Shown: positions 1 to 9,777 of the stretch, piece after piece
How the letters are laid out: the number at the start of each line of letters is the position of its first letter
Numbering within the stretch: the stretch's first letter is position 1
DNA from: Nocardia sp. NPDC006982
GTDB lineage: Bacteria; Actinomycetota; Actinomycetes; Mycobacteriales; Mycobacteriaceae
Reading direction: 5' to 3'
Length of the DNA: 64,000 nt
Assembly: GCF_042869435.1 (NCBI RefSeq)
Contig: NZ_JBIAFV010000007.1
Span: forward strand, 441,202-505,201
The notes under the pieces: model-generated
The model's input: the letters and a program-made list of their open reading frames with translations, nothing else
The model's database searches: none
Told to the model about the DNA's origin: nothing
Translations under genes and position numbers: made by a program

Positions 1-590
1 TCGGCAGTGAAGGCCACCCCGGACCGTCGTGCGCTCACCATGCGCTGTACCACCACGGCCATCGCCGGTCGCCGGCGCAGTCCGCGCCGTGCTCGATAGG
101 TCACCACGCGCGGGGTGAACAGTGAAGCCCAGCAGTCGATTACGGCCTCGATCACGTTCTCGTCGCCGTGCACGTTGGTGCGCGAGAGATTCATTCCGGC
201 GAAGGAGGACGTGGCGCTGTCTTCGCCGACTGCGGACGAGCGCACCGCCACCGCGACTTCGTCACCGAGTGCGTGGTATCCGGCCAGGATCATGGTGCGC
301 ACCGTGTTGTCGAGCGCGGTGTGATCTACGAGTTCGCGCATCCGGCGGCACAATTCGGCTACCCGAGCACCATCGGCGCTCGCGTCGAGCGCCTCGGCGT
401 GCAGGCGGTCGAGTTCGGCGCCATTCGGCCCGTCGGAGATCACCTGCTCATAGCAGTTGCGCAGGATGACGAACCCGGGTGGCACCGGTAGACCGGCCGC
501 GACCAGTTCGCCCAGGTTGGCGCCCTTGCCCCCGGCCCGGTCCGCGTCGGCGAGCCGAAGCTCGTCGAAGACAGCGACGTAGTCGCCCAT
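1..590 (-). CDS. PEP-utilising enzyme (PEP synthase / pyruvate-phosphate dikinase / rifampicin-phosphotransferase family) N-terminal domain. Starts at the ATG at 588-590 and runs off the window start, so the C-terminus is missing.
   Basis: Reverse-strand translation MGDYVAVFDELRLADADRAGGKGANLGEL... contains the GGKGANLGEL PEP/pyruvate-binding motif. Not in the ORF track because there is no in-window stop. Confidence 0.55.
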   Translation of the reverse strand, partial: MGDYVAVFDELRLADADRAGGKGANLGELVAAGLPVPPGFVILRNCYEQVISDGPNGAELDRLHAEALDASADGARVAELCRRMRELVDHTALDNTVRTMILAGYHALGDEVAVAVRSSAVGEDSATSSFAGMNLSRTNVHGDENVIEAVIDCWASLFTPRVVTYRARRGLRRRPAMAVVVQRMVSARRSGVAFTA

Positions 591-611
591 GTCGGCTCCC
601 ATGTGTTTGCG

Positions 612-1166
612 TTACGGATGGATCGGCGTGGACTTGGCCTGCGGCAAGCCGAGCGACTGGGCGATACCGGTGGTCCAGGCCAGAATGGCCTCCCAATCGC
701 GCAGATCACCGTAGCGGCCACCACCCATCAGCTGGTACAGCGTGCGCGCTTGCAGCGAGACGCCCGCACGCTCGTAATGTCCGGCGAAGGCGTGATAGCC
801 GCGCGGTGCGATCGAATCACGCAGCGCCGCGATCTTCTTCGGCACGATGCGGCCGATCCGCCGCCCGATCGGACCGCGCAGCGCCGGACCGAGCCCGACA
901 CTGAACAGCCAGACTTTGGCGCGCACCAGTTGGTCACGGTGGGTATTCATATAGGACGTCATCGCCGGGAGCAGCGCCATATTGTGCACCGCACTGCCGA
1001 GGATGACGGCATCGAAACCGGACAGTTCCGGCGCATGCTCGATATCGCTCAGCTCGATCGAGGCGCCGCGCGCGGCGAGCGCGTCAGCGATGAATTCGGC
1101 GATATCGCGGGTCGATCCTTGTGCGGTCGCGTAGAGGACCGCGATACGGGTTGTATTCGCTTCCAT
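612..1166 (-). CDS. Flavodoxin-like domain protein (HemG-like)
   Basis: Internal Met of ORF 612..1292; MEANTTRIAVLYATAQGSTRDIAEFIADAL... has the flavodoxin fold signature (T-R-I-A-V-L-Y-x-T-x-x-G-S-T). Confidence 0.65.
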   Translation of the reverse strand: MEANTTRIAVLYATAQGSTRDIAEFIADALAARGASIELSDIEHAPELSGFDAVILGSAVHNMALLPAMTSYMNTHRDQLVRAKVWLFSVGLGPALRGPIGRRIGRIVPKKIAALRDSIAPRGYHAFAGHYERAGVSLQARTLYQLMGGGRYGDLRDWEAILAWTTGIAQSLGLPQAKSTPIHP

Positions 1167-1246
1167 ACCGATAGCGTCGCGCCGGATGGTGCTTGCCGGG
1201 CAGAGGCGTGGTGCCCGCAGTGCTGGGACCAATGGCCTATGGCCGG

Positions 1247-3277
1247 TCACAGGCCGGACGGATACGTCACGGGCGTGCTGCCCGCGATCCACTCACTGGT
1301 CGGCTCCAACGGTTCCAGTGCGGTGGTGTGGTCGATGTGGATGAGCGCGTCGAACTGGTCGGCGAGCCGGGTGTGGAAGTAATGGCTCTGTCGTTCGGTG
1401 CCGGGCCGGTAGACCACGCCGATCGCGCGCTGTAACCGAGGTTGGTGCAGTAGCTCTGCGGCCTCGCCGGAAAGGTCCGTGCGGAGTAGGAATTCCGGGT
1501 TGCCGGTGTCGTGCAGCAGTTCTTCGATACTGGAAGACAATGCGGGACGAACGTTTTCGGGGCGGTCCGGACCGCCCCAGTCCTCGGCAGCGGTGACCGT
1601 TCCCGAGCACGTGCTGAAGCCGATGAGCCGGCAGGCATCACCGTGGCGTTCGCGCATCAGCTGGCCCAGGGTGAGTTGACCTTCGCTACCCATTTCGGTG
1701 GCGCGGGCATCGCCGACATGAGAGTTGTGCGCCCACACCACGATTCGAGCGGGGGAGCGTTCGTCGGACCGGTCGAGGTGGTTGGCGAGTGCGTCGAGGG
1801 TGTCGGCCATATGTTCGTCGCGCAGATTCCAGGAGGACACCCGGTCGCCGAACATGGCCCGATAGTAGGCCTCGGCATCGCGCACCGACCAGGCATTGCG
1901 CAGCGCGTCGAACAGTTCGTCGGCGGCGACGGGTTCGACCTCGCCTCCGGCGATCGCGACGCGCTGCAATTCCAGCAGCTGCCGGATCACTTGGGCCTCA
2001 CAGGATCTGCCCGCGCCGAAGGCCGCGGCGAAACCGTATGCCTGGGCGTCGTCGCCCGCGACATGGTCGAAGCAGGCGTAGCGATCTCTGGCACGCTGTG
2101 CTGCTTTCGGATCGACGCGGTCGAGATAGTCCACCACCTCCTGCATCGATCGATGCAGGCTGTAGAGGTCGAGACCGTAGAAGCCGGTCTGCGGCTGGTC
2201 GTCGTGCTGCTGCCCGGCGTTGTATGCGCGCAGCCAGATGATGAATTCGCGGATCTCGGTATTGCGCCACATCCAGGCCGGGAAGTGCGCGAATCCGCGC
2301 AGCGCTTGTTCCGCGGTGGTGTCGGTGCCGCGCCCGTGCACGTACCGGTTCACTCGGTAGGCGTCGGGCCAGTCCGCCTCGGCCGCGACGGCGGTGAAGC
2401 CTTTGTCCTCGATCAGCCAGCGCGTGATCGCCGCCCTGGCTCGGTAGAACTCCCTTGTGCCGTGCGAACTCTCGCCGATCAGCACGAATCGGGCGTCGCC
2501 GATCAGTTCTTCGAGCACGTGTGTGGGTGGGATGCCGTCGGGTGCGTCGATGGCTGCGGCTCGGATGGTCGCCGCGGCGTCGATGCGCGGGACGGCGGTG
2601 CCGGTGGTCGAGATGCCCAGCAGGGTGCGTACCTGTTCGTCGGTGACCTGGGTGAAGTCCCACAACGATTCGCCGACCGCGCGGAACGGGGTCGGCATGG
2701 TCGCGCAGACCATTTCGTCGATCGATGCGCCGAGTTCTCGGCAGGTCGACTCCGGTGCGGCGGGGACCGCGACCACGATCCGCTTCGGTTCACCCGCGCG
2801 GATCGCCTCGATGGCGGCGAACATGCTGGCGCCGGTGGCCAATCCGTCGTCCACCAGGATCACCGTCCGCCCGGCCACCTCGATCGGGCCGCGGTCGGCG
2901 CGATAGGCGGTCTCTCGCCGGGCCATCTCCGCGGCCTCGTCGCGGGCGATGCTGCGCACCTGATCCGCGGTCAGCCGCAGCGCGCGCACCATATCGTCGT
3001 TGAGCACGATGCGACCGCCGGTGGACAGGGCACCGATCGCGAATTCCGGATGACCCGGTGCGCCGAGTTTGCGCACGACCAGGGTGTCCATCGACGCGTC
3101 GAGTGCCGCGGCGACCTCCCACGCGACCGGTACCCCGCCGCGCGGCAGTCCGAGCACCAGGACATCAGGATCGCCGCGATAGTGTTCGAGCAGACTGGCC
3201 AGCACCCGGCCCGCCTCGTGCCGATTCCGGAAGATCGGTCGCGGCGGTTCGTGGCGCACTCGCGTATGGCTCATCAC
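1247..3277 (-). CDS. Phosphoribosyltransferase-domain / erythromycin-esterase-like fusion protein (Rv2030c-like DosR-regulon homologue)
   Basis: 676 aa. N-terminal type-I PRTase fold ([18 protein letters not shown]...[14 protein letters not shown]) followed by an EreA/ChaN-like esterase domain. Size and architecture match Mtb Rv2030c (681 aa). Confidence 0.85.
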   Translation of the reverse strand: MMSHTRVRHEPPRPIFRNRHEAGRVLASLLEHYRGDPDVLVLGLPRGGVPVAWEVAAALDASMDTLVVRKLGAPGHPEFAIGALSTGGRIVLNDDMVRALRLTADQVRSIARDEAAEMARRETAYRADRGPIEVAGRTVILVDDGLATGASMFAAIEAIRAGEPKRIVVAVPAAPESTCRELGASIDEMVCATMPTPFRAVGESLWDFTQVTDEQVRTLLGISTTGTAVPRIDAAATIRAAAIDAPDGIPPTHVLEELIGDARFVLIGESSHGTREFYRARAAITRWLIEDKGFTAVAAEADWPDAYRVNRYVHGRGTDTTAEQALRGFAHFPAWMWRNTEIREFIIWLRAYNAGQQHDDQPQTGFYGLDLYSLHRSMQEVVDYLDRVDPKAAQRARDRYACFDHVAGDDAQAYGFAAAFGAGRSCEAQVIRQLLELQRVAIAGGEVEPVAADELFDALRNAWSVRDAEAYYRAMFGDRVSSWNLRDEHMADTLDALANHLDRSDERSPARIVVWAHNSHVGDARATEMGSEGQLTLGQLMRERHGDACRLIGFSTCSGTVTAAEDWGGPDRPENVRPALSSSIEELLHDTGNPEFLLRTDLSGEAAELLHQPRLQRAIGVVYRPGTERQSHYFHTRLADQFDALIHIDHTTALEPLEPTSEWIAGSTPVTYPSGL

Positions 3278-3319
3278 AAGCCTCCAATCAGCTGGCCCTA
3301 TATGGGCCGAATTGTCTTG

Positions 3320-4486
3320 TCAGAGTGCGGTATTCGGTGGCTGGTACCGTTCCGGTCGGTGTGCGGGCAGGCCGAGTGCGCTGCGCTGGACGGCCAGCGT
3401 CAGATCCGTCGCGGTGACCACACCGATGAGGCGGCCGGGTGGATCGATCACCGCGATGACGTCGAAGTCGGGTCGCAGCACCGCCCGGGATGCCACCGTG
3501 GACAGCAGTTCGTCACCGGAAACCCGGGCCGTCGGCGGCAGCGGGCGGGCGAGGCTGCGCACCGCGGTGGTCTCGCGGGCCGCGGCGGGCAGTGCCGCGA
3601 GATCGGACCAGGCGAGTTCACCGATCGGCCGTCCCGCCGGGTCGATTACCGGGAACACGCGGTGATCGGAATGCACGATCTGGGAGCGCAGCAGGTCGCC
3701 GACGGACCAGGTCGCGGGCACCGACAGCGGGCGATCGGTCATGACATCGCGTACCCGGATGTCGCCCAGCCGATGTCGCAGCCCCGCGACGGCCAGTTCG
3801 ACATTGGCGGCCGAGAACAGGAACCAGCCGAGCAGCATCAGCCAGAGTCCACCACCGTTGCCCACCAGTAGCAGCTCCGCGCCGCCGAGGATCAGCAGCG
3901 CCAGCCCGAGGACCCGGCCGTTGCGCGCGGCCAAGGTGCTGGCGCGCAACCGATCTCCGGTGTGCCGCCAGATCAGTGCGCGCAGCACGCGGCCCCCGTC
4001 CAGTGGTGCGCCCGGCAGCATATTGAATACGGCCAGAATGAGATTCATCGCGGCCAACCAGGCGAGCATCTGCGGCACCGACCCACTGACCACCGCCGCG
4101 ACCACATCGGCGACGCCGAACAGCGCGACGCCGAGCACGAAACTGGTGAGCGGTCCGGCCAGTGCGATCCGCAGATCCGAGCGCGGATCCTTCGGCTCGT
4201 CGCCGAGCTCGGACACCCCGCCCAGTAGCCACAACACGACCACATCGACCCGGGTGCCGCTGCGGCGCGCGATGATCGAATGTGCCAACTCATGGCTCAG
4301 CAGGGAGACGAACAGGCCGACCGCGCCGCCCGCGGCGACCAGCCAGACTCCCACCGAGTTCCCATCGGCGTCGGCGAGCGAGCGGCCGAGCAGATAGGTG
4401 AACAGGCCGAGGGTGACCAGCGCCGACCAGTGCGCCCCGACGCGGATGCCCCCCACCCGCCCCAGCGGAATCGTCGCACGCACCAT
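3320..4486 (-). CDS. Site-2 protease family (M50) metalloprotease with tandem CBS domains (Rv2625c-like)
   Basis: HELAH zinc motif (LLSHELAHSIIARRSG), multiple TM helices, C-terminal CBS pair. The start overlaps the upstream gene's stop by 1 nt. Confidence 0.85.
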   Translation of the reverse strand: MVRATIPLGRVGGIRVGAHWSALVTLGLFTYLLGRSLADADGNSVGVWLVAAGGAVGLFVSLLSHELAHSIIARRSGTRVDVVVLWLLGGVSELGDEPKDPRSDLRIALAGPLTSFVLGVALFGVADVVAAVVSGSVPQMLAWLAAMNLILAVFNMLPGAPLDGGRVLRALIWRHTGDRLRASTLAARNGRVLGLALLILGGAELLLVGNGGGLWLMLLGWFLFSAANVELAVAGLRHRLGDIRVRDVMTDRPLSVPATWSVGDLLRSQIVHSDHRVFPVIDPAGRPIGELAWSDLAALPAAARETTAVRSLARPLPPTARVSGDELLSTVASRAVLRPDFDVIAVIDPPGRLIGVVTATDLTLAVQRSALGLPAHRPERYQPPNTAL

Positions 4487-4487
4487 G

Positions 4488-5153
4488 TCAGCGCTCCCGC
4501 GCGTCGGCGCCGAACAGACCTTCGGCGAGCAGAATGCGATGCGCCTGCTGAGCCGCCTGCGTCGACCGGTCGCGATCGGGTTTGTCTGCGGGAAGTCGCT
4601 CGAGTCCGCGCGCCAGCACAGAGACGGCGTTACCGAGTGCCTGGATACGGTTCTCGAGGTTGGCGACCGGGCCGACCTCGTCGGCCACGGCGACCGGTTG
4701 CCACTCGATCAGCGACTCGTCGACCTCTGGTCGCGCACCACATAGCACCCCGTACAGATTCATCGGCAGCACCGCGAAGATCCGGTTCAACTGGCCGGGG
4801 GAGAACAGCTCCGACAGCGCCGCGGTGACTGCACCGGCGACCGGGCCGACCTCGTCCTCGTCGATGCCTGCCTCGCGGGCGAACTGCCGGATGAATTCGC
4901 CGACGCCATGCCGGACCGGCACGTGCGTCGGCACCCACCCTTCGTAGTAGGCCCCGCGCAGTATTTCGGGAAGTTGCGCGGCCAGGTGCGCCGAGCTGCT
5001 GACATTGATGCGGTCGCGCACGGTGTGCAGCCAGGCACGCAGCGCCCGGTACGCGAAGGCCGGCGCGTCGGTATCGAGACCATCGGCGACGGCGCGCAGC
5101 CAATCGTGGGCGGTCTGCACGGCGGGCGCGAGTGGATCGTCGTGGTGCGGCAT
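4488..5153 (-). CDS. DUF2267 domain protein (two tandem DUF2267 repeats)
   Basis: YRALRAWLHTVRDRI...AAQLPEILRGAYYEGWVP pattern repeated twice. Translationally coupled to the S2P gene. Confidence 0.65.
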   Translation of the reverse strand: MPHHDDPLAPAVQTAHDWLRAVADGLDTDAPAFAYRALRAWLHTVRDRINVSSSAHLAAQLPEILRGAYYEGWVPTHVPVRHGVGEFIRQFAREAGIDEDEVGPVAGAVTAALSELFSPGQLNRIFAVLPMNLYGVLCGARPEVDESLIEWQPVAVADEVGPVANLENRIQALGNAVSVLARGLERLPADKPDRDRSTQAAQQAHRILLAEGLFGADARER

Positions 5154-5405
5154 GACTGGCCTCCTGGGTTCTTCCCTGGTCTTGTACGCCCCAGCCTGCG
5201 ACGCGCATTGCCGCTGGCCAAGGGCCGAAGGGTGCTCTCGGGTGTGCCGATGGTCCCGCTTTCGGATCGCCGATTGCCCGACATCGCGGCAGTGCGATTG
5301 CGCTGGCGGGCGAGGGACGGAAGCCCCCTGCTTGGTGGACGTTTCGCACCAGGTCCGGGTCGGGGGACTCTGCCATGCGGAGTCTGGGACCGCGAAGATG
5401 GCGAT

Positions 5406-5600
5406 ATGACGGATACGGCCCCGGTCGGCGCATCGACGGGCGGCGCGTTCGGCTGGACGCCGATCGACGGGCCGCAGGCCGACCAGGCGCGGGCCAACCT
5501 CATCGACTACGACCGAACGTTCGCGAATTCTTCTGGGAGAAGGCGCGATCCGAACTCGCTGGGCTGCCGTGCGGCGGGCTGAACATCGCCTATAGGAGGG
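5406..5600 (+). pseudogene. Remnant of an acetyl-CoA-synthetase-like N-terminus (frameshifted, internally deleted)
   Basis: ANLIDYDRTFANS then, after a frame shift, VREFFWEKARSELAGLP..GGLNIAY resembles the Acs N-terminus (..FW.kqA..L.W....GG.LNVAYNC). No intact reading frame. Confidence 0.3.
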
Positions 5601-5639
5601 TGGCGGAAACCCCTGGCGCGCAATCGATAACCCGCTCCG

Positions 5640-6303
5640 ATGCCGGTCGCGCCCGGTCGGGTGCGGGCGTCAGGATATGCCAGGCGGCTGGCCCGGGAAC
5701 TCGGCGTCGATATGTCGGCGGTGCGGGGCGGCGGATATCCGGGCAGCGCAAGAACTCGCCGCGCACGAGTCTGCCACGAAAATGTCTGGACACGAGCAGG
5801 TCTCGCCGGACGGCGTGGCGACCCGACGTGAACCGGCGCAGGTTGCCGCTCCACGGCACGATGCGGCGGGGATGCGCCTGTCCATCGCGGCGGCCATGAC
5901 CCGCTCGAAACAGACCATTCCGCACTACTACTTGTCGAACACCATCGACGCCGCCGCCACCACCGAGTGGCTGCGCGAGGTGAACAAGGCCGCACCAGTA
6001 CACGATCGAATCGTGCTCGCGGCCTTGCTCTTACGGGCGGTCGCACTGGCCGCAAAGACCGTGCCCGCGATGAACGGGCACTGGATCGAGGACGGCTTCC
6101 GTCCGGCCGACACCGTCGATCTCGGCACGATCGTCTCGCTGCGCGGCGGCGGCATTATCGCGCCCAACCTGGCACACGCGGACACGACGCCGCTACCGGA
6201 GTTGATGGTCTGGCTGCGCGAGGCGGTCACCCGGGCCAGGTCTCAACACCATCGCCGAACTGCTGCAGCATCCGGAACAACTGTGAACCACGAAAGGTCG
6301 TGA
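5640..6303 (+). pseudogene. Remnant of a 2-oxoacid dehydrogenase E2 acyltransferase (E3-binding domain plus truncated catalytic domain, no lipoyl domain, frameshifted)
   Basis: Frame 0 holds a PSBD-like segment ARRLARELGVDMSAVRGGG. Frame +1 holds catalytic-domain residues MRLSIAAAMTRSKQTIPHYYLSN...GGGIIAPNL...LMVWLREAVTRAR and then breaks off. This is reminiscent of Mtb Rv1734c (an E2 fragment in the DosR regulon). Confidence 0.5.
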
Positions 6304-6309
6304 ACGACC

Positions 6310-6555
6310 ATGTCCCACACCCTGTCTCGCGACGACGCGGAGCCCGTCATCCGAACCGCGCTGCGCGGCTTCGCCTCCGATGCCGAACTCGCGGCGCTTG
6401 CGCGCACCGAACCCCTGCGTACCGCACTGGACCTCGACTCCCTCAGCTTCGTCGAAAAGCTCAATCGCGCAACCGGAGTACGCATCGATGAATCCGACTA
6501 CCCACGGCTGGCATCGATCGACTCCTGCGTGGAGTTCCTGACTGCAGCCGATTAG
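6310..6555 (+). CDS. Acyl-carrier-protein-like small protein (phosphopantetheine attachment motif)
   Basis: 81 aa with the DLDSLSFVEKL motif (ACP D-S-L serine context) and an acidic helical C-terminus. Confidence 0.55.
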   Translation: MSHTLSRDDAEPVIRTALRGFASDAELAALARTEPLRTALDLDSLSFVEKLNRATGVRIDESDYPRLASIDSCVEFLTAAD

Positions 6556-6692
6556 CGCTCAGCAATAGAGGTAAGCCGCACCGACCAGTCGTGCAGCCAT
6601 CCTGACGATGCCTCACATGTAGGCCGACCACGCCGCGCGATTCGCTACTTCGCGCATCTACACTTCGCGCTCAGCGAGATCAACGGTAAGAC

Positions 6693-7685
6693 TCAACCGG
6701 TGCGGAGCTCGAGTACCTCATCGAGCGGACGTCGTGGTGTAGAGGCGGGTTCAGTGTCCTCGGGTGCCACGCCGATACGGATCAGCACTTGCGGCAGGTC
6801 AGGATGCGGTATCAGGTCAGCGATGACCGAACGGCTGGTGGCGAGTTCGGTGATGTGGGTCAGAGAGCAGGTGGCCAGGCCGCGTGCGGTGCATTCGAGC
6901 AGTATTTCCGACAGTGCCTCACCGGTATGCAGCCAGTGCGCGGGCGTCTCACCGAGGGTGCTGAGCACTATCAGCCGGGACCGATCCTCGATCGCGGCGC
7001 GGCGAACCGAATACGGTGCGGGCGGGAAGCTGCGCCCGACGTCCACCCTGGCCGCCTCGGCATCCGATACCAGCGCGGCAGCAGGGACGCCCTGCTCAAC
7101 ATCCAAATGCCCGGTCCACCAATGTAGTTCGGTCTGATACGGCATGTCGTACCGGCGCAATGCGGCGGCTTGTTCGGTGGCCGCGGACAACCGGGGCCGA
7201 CTGGTTTCTGCGATCTCATCTACGGAAACATGATGTGGTCTCGCCAGTTCGCGCGCAGCGTCGAATACATCGATCCAACCTTCCGGTGCCAGCATCGGCA
7301 ATCGGTCGGTGTGGCGACGGTGGATGGCGCGCACGCGAGCCGCCGTGGTATTCAGCGCGCCGGGCCACGGGCGGAACTCCAGCACGGCCAAGTGATCGGG
7401 CACATCGGGGTCGGGGAGCCGGATGACATCGGCGAACCAGCCCATCGACACAAAGGCCAGGCGCGCGTGGTCGAGCACCGCGCCGCAGCTGATCACCAGC
7501 TGTCTGCCTTGCGGGTCGGCCGAGCGCAATAGTCGGCTGGTATCGCGGTAGAGATTCAGGCGCCTTCCGTCGTACACCCAGCGCCATGGCTGGGTGTTGT
7601 GCACAGATGGGGCTCGGCAGGCGAGCATCAGTGCCATTCGCACGGTCCGCAGATCGGGTGTGCTCCCACGGTCGCTTGCGTTCAT
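6693..7685 (-). CDS. Acg-family NAD(P)H nitroreductase (Rv2032/Rv3131/Rv3127-like), paralogue 1
   Basis: Start taken at the internal Met (MNASDRG), 60 codons into ORF 6693..7865. Conserved RAPSVHNTQPWRW and YDMPYQTELHWW motifs. Confidence 0.85.
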   Translation of the reverse strand: MNASDRGSTPDLRTVRMALMLACRAPSVHNTQPWRWVYDGRRLNLYRDTSRLLRSADPQGRQLVISCGAVLDHARLAFVSMGWFADVIRLPDPDVPDHLAVLEFRPWPGALNTTAARVRAIHRRHTDRLPMLAPEGWIDVFDAARELARPHHVSVDEIAETSRPRLSAATEQAAALRRYDMPYQTELHWWTGHLDVEQGVPAAALVSDAEAARVDVGRSFPPAPYSVRRAAIEDRSRLIVLSTLGETPAHWLHTGEALSEILLECTARGLATCSLTHITELATSRSVIADLIPHPDLPQVLIRIGVAPEDTEPASTPRRPLDEVLELRTG

Positions 7686-7925
7686 ACCCCGACTCTCACC
7701 CCCCGCGACCGCCGGCGCGACAGGCATTGCGCACCGATCCCAGGGCCGATGGTCACCCGCACTCGGTCGGGTGATCACCATGCGCTGACAGCGATGAGCG
7801 TCGAGGTCGTTTGTACCTGGTGGAGGGGGCGATCGGCTCTGCTGCTGGTGGCGGGGGTGGGGCACAGTTGATGTGAGCTGGCGAAATGGTCGGTGGCATC
7901 AGTTGTGAGCTGAGGAGATGCCGAG

Positions 7926-8192
7926 ATGATGTATTGGTACGACCACGATCTCAATGGGTGGGGGTATGCGTGGATGAGCATCGGAATGGTGCTGTTCTGG
8001 GGGCTGCTCATCGCGGGCTTCGTGATTCTGGTTCGCCTCGCTATGCGACCCGATCCTTCATCGATGAACCGGCGCGAGCGGGTGGCCGAACAGTTACTGG
8101 CCGAACGGTTCGCGCGCGGCGAGATCGACGAGAAGGAGTACACGGATCGGCTGGCGACGCTGCGTCGCCACCTGACAGCGGGACATTCGTAA
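7926..8192 (+). CDS. SHOCT-domain small membrane protein
   Basis: N-terminal TM helix followed by RERVAEQLLAERFARGEIDEKEYTDRLATL (SHOCT motif). Confidence 0.8.
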   Translation: MMYWYDHDLNGWGYAWMSIGMVLFWGLLIAGFVILVRLAMRPDPSSMNRRERVAEQLLAERFARGEIDEKEYTDRLATLRRHLTAGHS

Positions 8193-8350
8193 TGTTATCC
8201 GCGGCGGTAGATTTCGGCAGGTTTGCGGCCCGTCACCCAATGTGTCCGGGTCGTGGATCCGCCGAATGTCACCGTCCAGCATCTCGAAGAGGGTACTGCG
8301 GCGCAGCCAGCGCCGTGGATCCGTTTCGGTGCGGCGCTGGTGTGGTCGGC

Positions 8351-9355
8351 CTATTCGTGTCGCATCGTCAGGAAGTCGGTCAGCGGGCGGCGCGGTGTCG
8401 GTGCGGTTTCGGGTTCATCGTCGGGTACGGTGCCGACGCGGATGATCACCTGAGGGAAACCAGGGTGGGGGAGCATAGCCGCGATAATCTTTCGGGCCGA
8501 AGGCATTTCGGTGATGTGGGTCATCGAGCAGCTCGCCAGACCGGCGGTCGTGCATTCCAGGAGCACAGCCGAGAGCGCTTCGCCGGTGTGCAACCACGCC
8601 GTGGCGGACTCACGAGGCGAGCTGAGCACCAACAGTCGCGCATTGTCCTCGATATCGCCGCGGCGGGCCGAATGCGGTGCTGACGGGAAGGTGCGCCCAA
8701 CACTGACGCGGGCGAATTCGGCATCCGAGGCCAGGGCCTCGCGCGGGACGCCTTCGGGGTCGCCGGAATGCCCGGCCCACCAATGCAATTCGGCCTGGTA
8801 TTCCATGTCGTAGCGGCGGCCCGCAGTGGCGTGGTCGGACGCCGCCGCGAGCTTCGCGCTGGCGCTGTCGTCGAGGAGATCGAGCTCGATGTCGTGGGGT
8901 GTCACCAGCATTCGCGCGGTGTGCAAGAACTGTGAAAGATCCGTCGGTGCGAACATCGGCAGTCGGTCGGTGCGGCGCCGATCGATGGCGCGAGCCCGGG
9001 CCAGCACGGCGGGCGGAGGCTCGGGCCACGGCCGGAACCCGATGACCGCCAGATAGTCGGTGCGATCGGAAACGGGCAACCGGGTGGTATCGGTGTGCCA
9101 ACCCTTGGCGGCGAATGCGGTGCGCACATGGTGCAGCATCGCGCCACAGCTGATCACCAACTGTCTGCCGAGTGGATCGGCCGAGGTCAGGAGGCGGTCG
9201 GCGTCGCGGTACAGATGCAATCCGACTCCGTCGAACACCCAGCGCCACGGCTGGCTGTTGTGCAGCGACGGTGCCCGGGCGGCCAACCGCATGGCCGACA
9301 GCACCGTCTGGTGGTCCGGCACCGAAAGTACGGGAGAAGCGCTGGTATCGGTCAT
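8351..9355 (-). CDS. Acg-family nitroreductase, paralogue 2
   Basis: Start at MTDTSASP. Motifs RAPSLHNSQPWRW and YDMEYQAELHWW. Alternative starts further upstream (9421, 9586) are possible. Confidence 0.85.
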   Translation of the reverse strand: MTDTSASPVLSVPDHQTVLSAMRLAARAPSLHNSQPWRWVFDGVGLHLYRDADRLLTSADPLGRQLVISCGAMLHHVRTAFAAKGWHTDTTRLPVSDRTDYLAVIGFRPWPEPPPAVLARARAIDRRRTDRLPMFAPTDLSQFLHTARMLVTPHDIELDLLDDSASAKLAAASDHATAGRRYDMEYQAELHWWAGHSGDPEGVPREALASDAEFARVSVGRTFPSAPHSARRGDIEDNARLLVLSSPRESATAWLHTGEALSAVLLECTTAGLASCSMTHITEMPSARKIIAAMLPHPGFPQVIIRVGTVPDDEPETAPTPRRPLTDFLTMRHE

Positions 9356-9777
9356 ACTGTCGAGTGTCGTCCCGCGCGCAGCGGCACGATACGGGACTTG
9401 CGACCGTTCTCGAAGGTCCATGGTCACCCGCCGACTGGATGATCCGGACGGGCTCCGGTCACAGACAGAGCAGGCGTGGTGCCTGAACTTGGCTACGAAT
9501 GCGATGATCGCCTGGACGACAGGGGATTGACCGTCCAGCAGTTGCGACGGCTGGGCCGCCGCACCGATGACGAGGAGCTGGCCCACATCTCACCGGCACG
9601 CAGCGAGAACATCGACGTCTTCGGCGCCGACGAGGTCGACATGATGTCGAACTCGCCCCGTTCGGCCTCGCCGGCTATCGGCCGTTACGGGTGTACGACA
9701 CTCTGTTCTGCCCCGATGGACAACGATATCGTGGTGCGATAGCTGCCTCCGATATCCAGGGAAGGTGTCTGCGGGTG

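Noticed and set aside
1511-3871. 786-aa plus-strand ORF antisense to the PRTase/esterase and S2P genes, plus many other >100-aa overlapping ORFs throughout
   Set aside because: Typical spurious antisense ORFs of a ~70% GC genome (few stops in GC-rich frames). No motifs, and poor codon periodicity compared with the recognised genes on the other strand.
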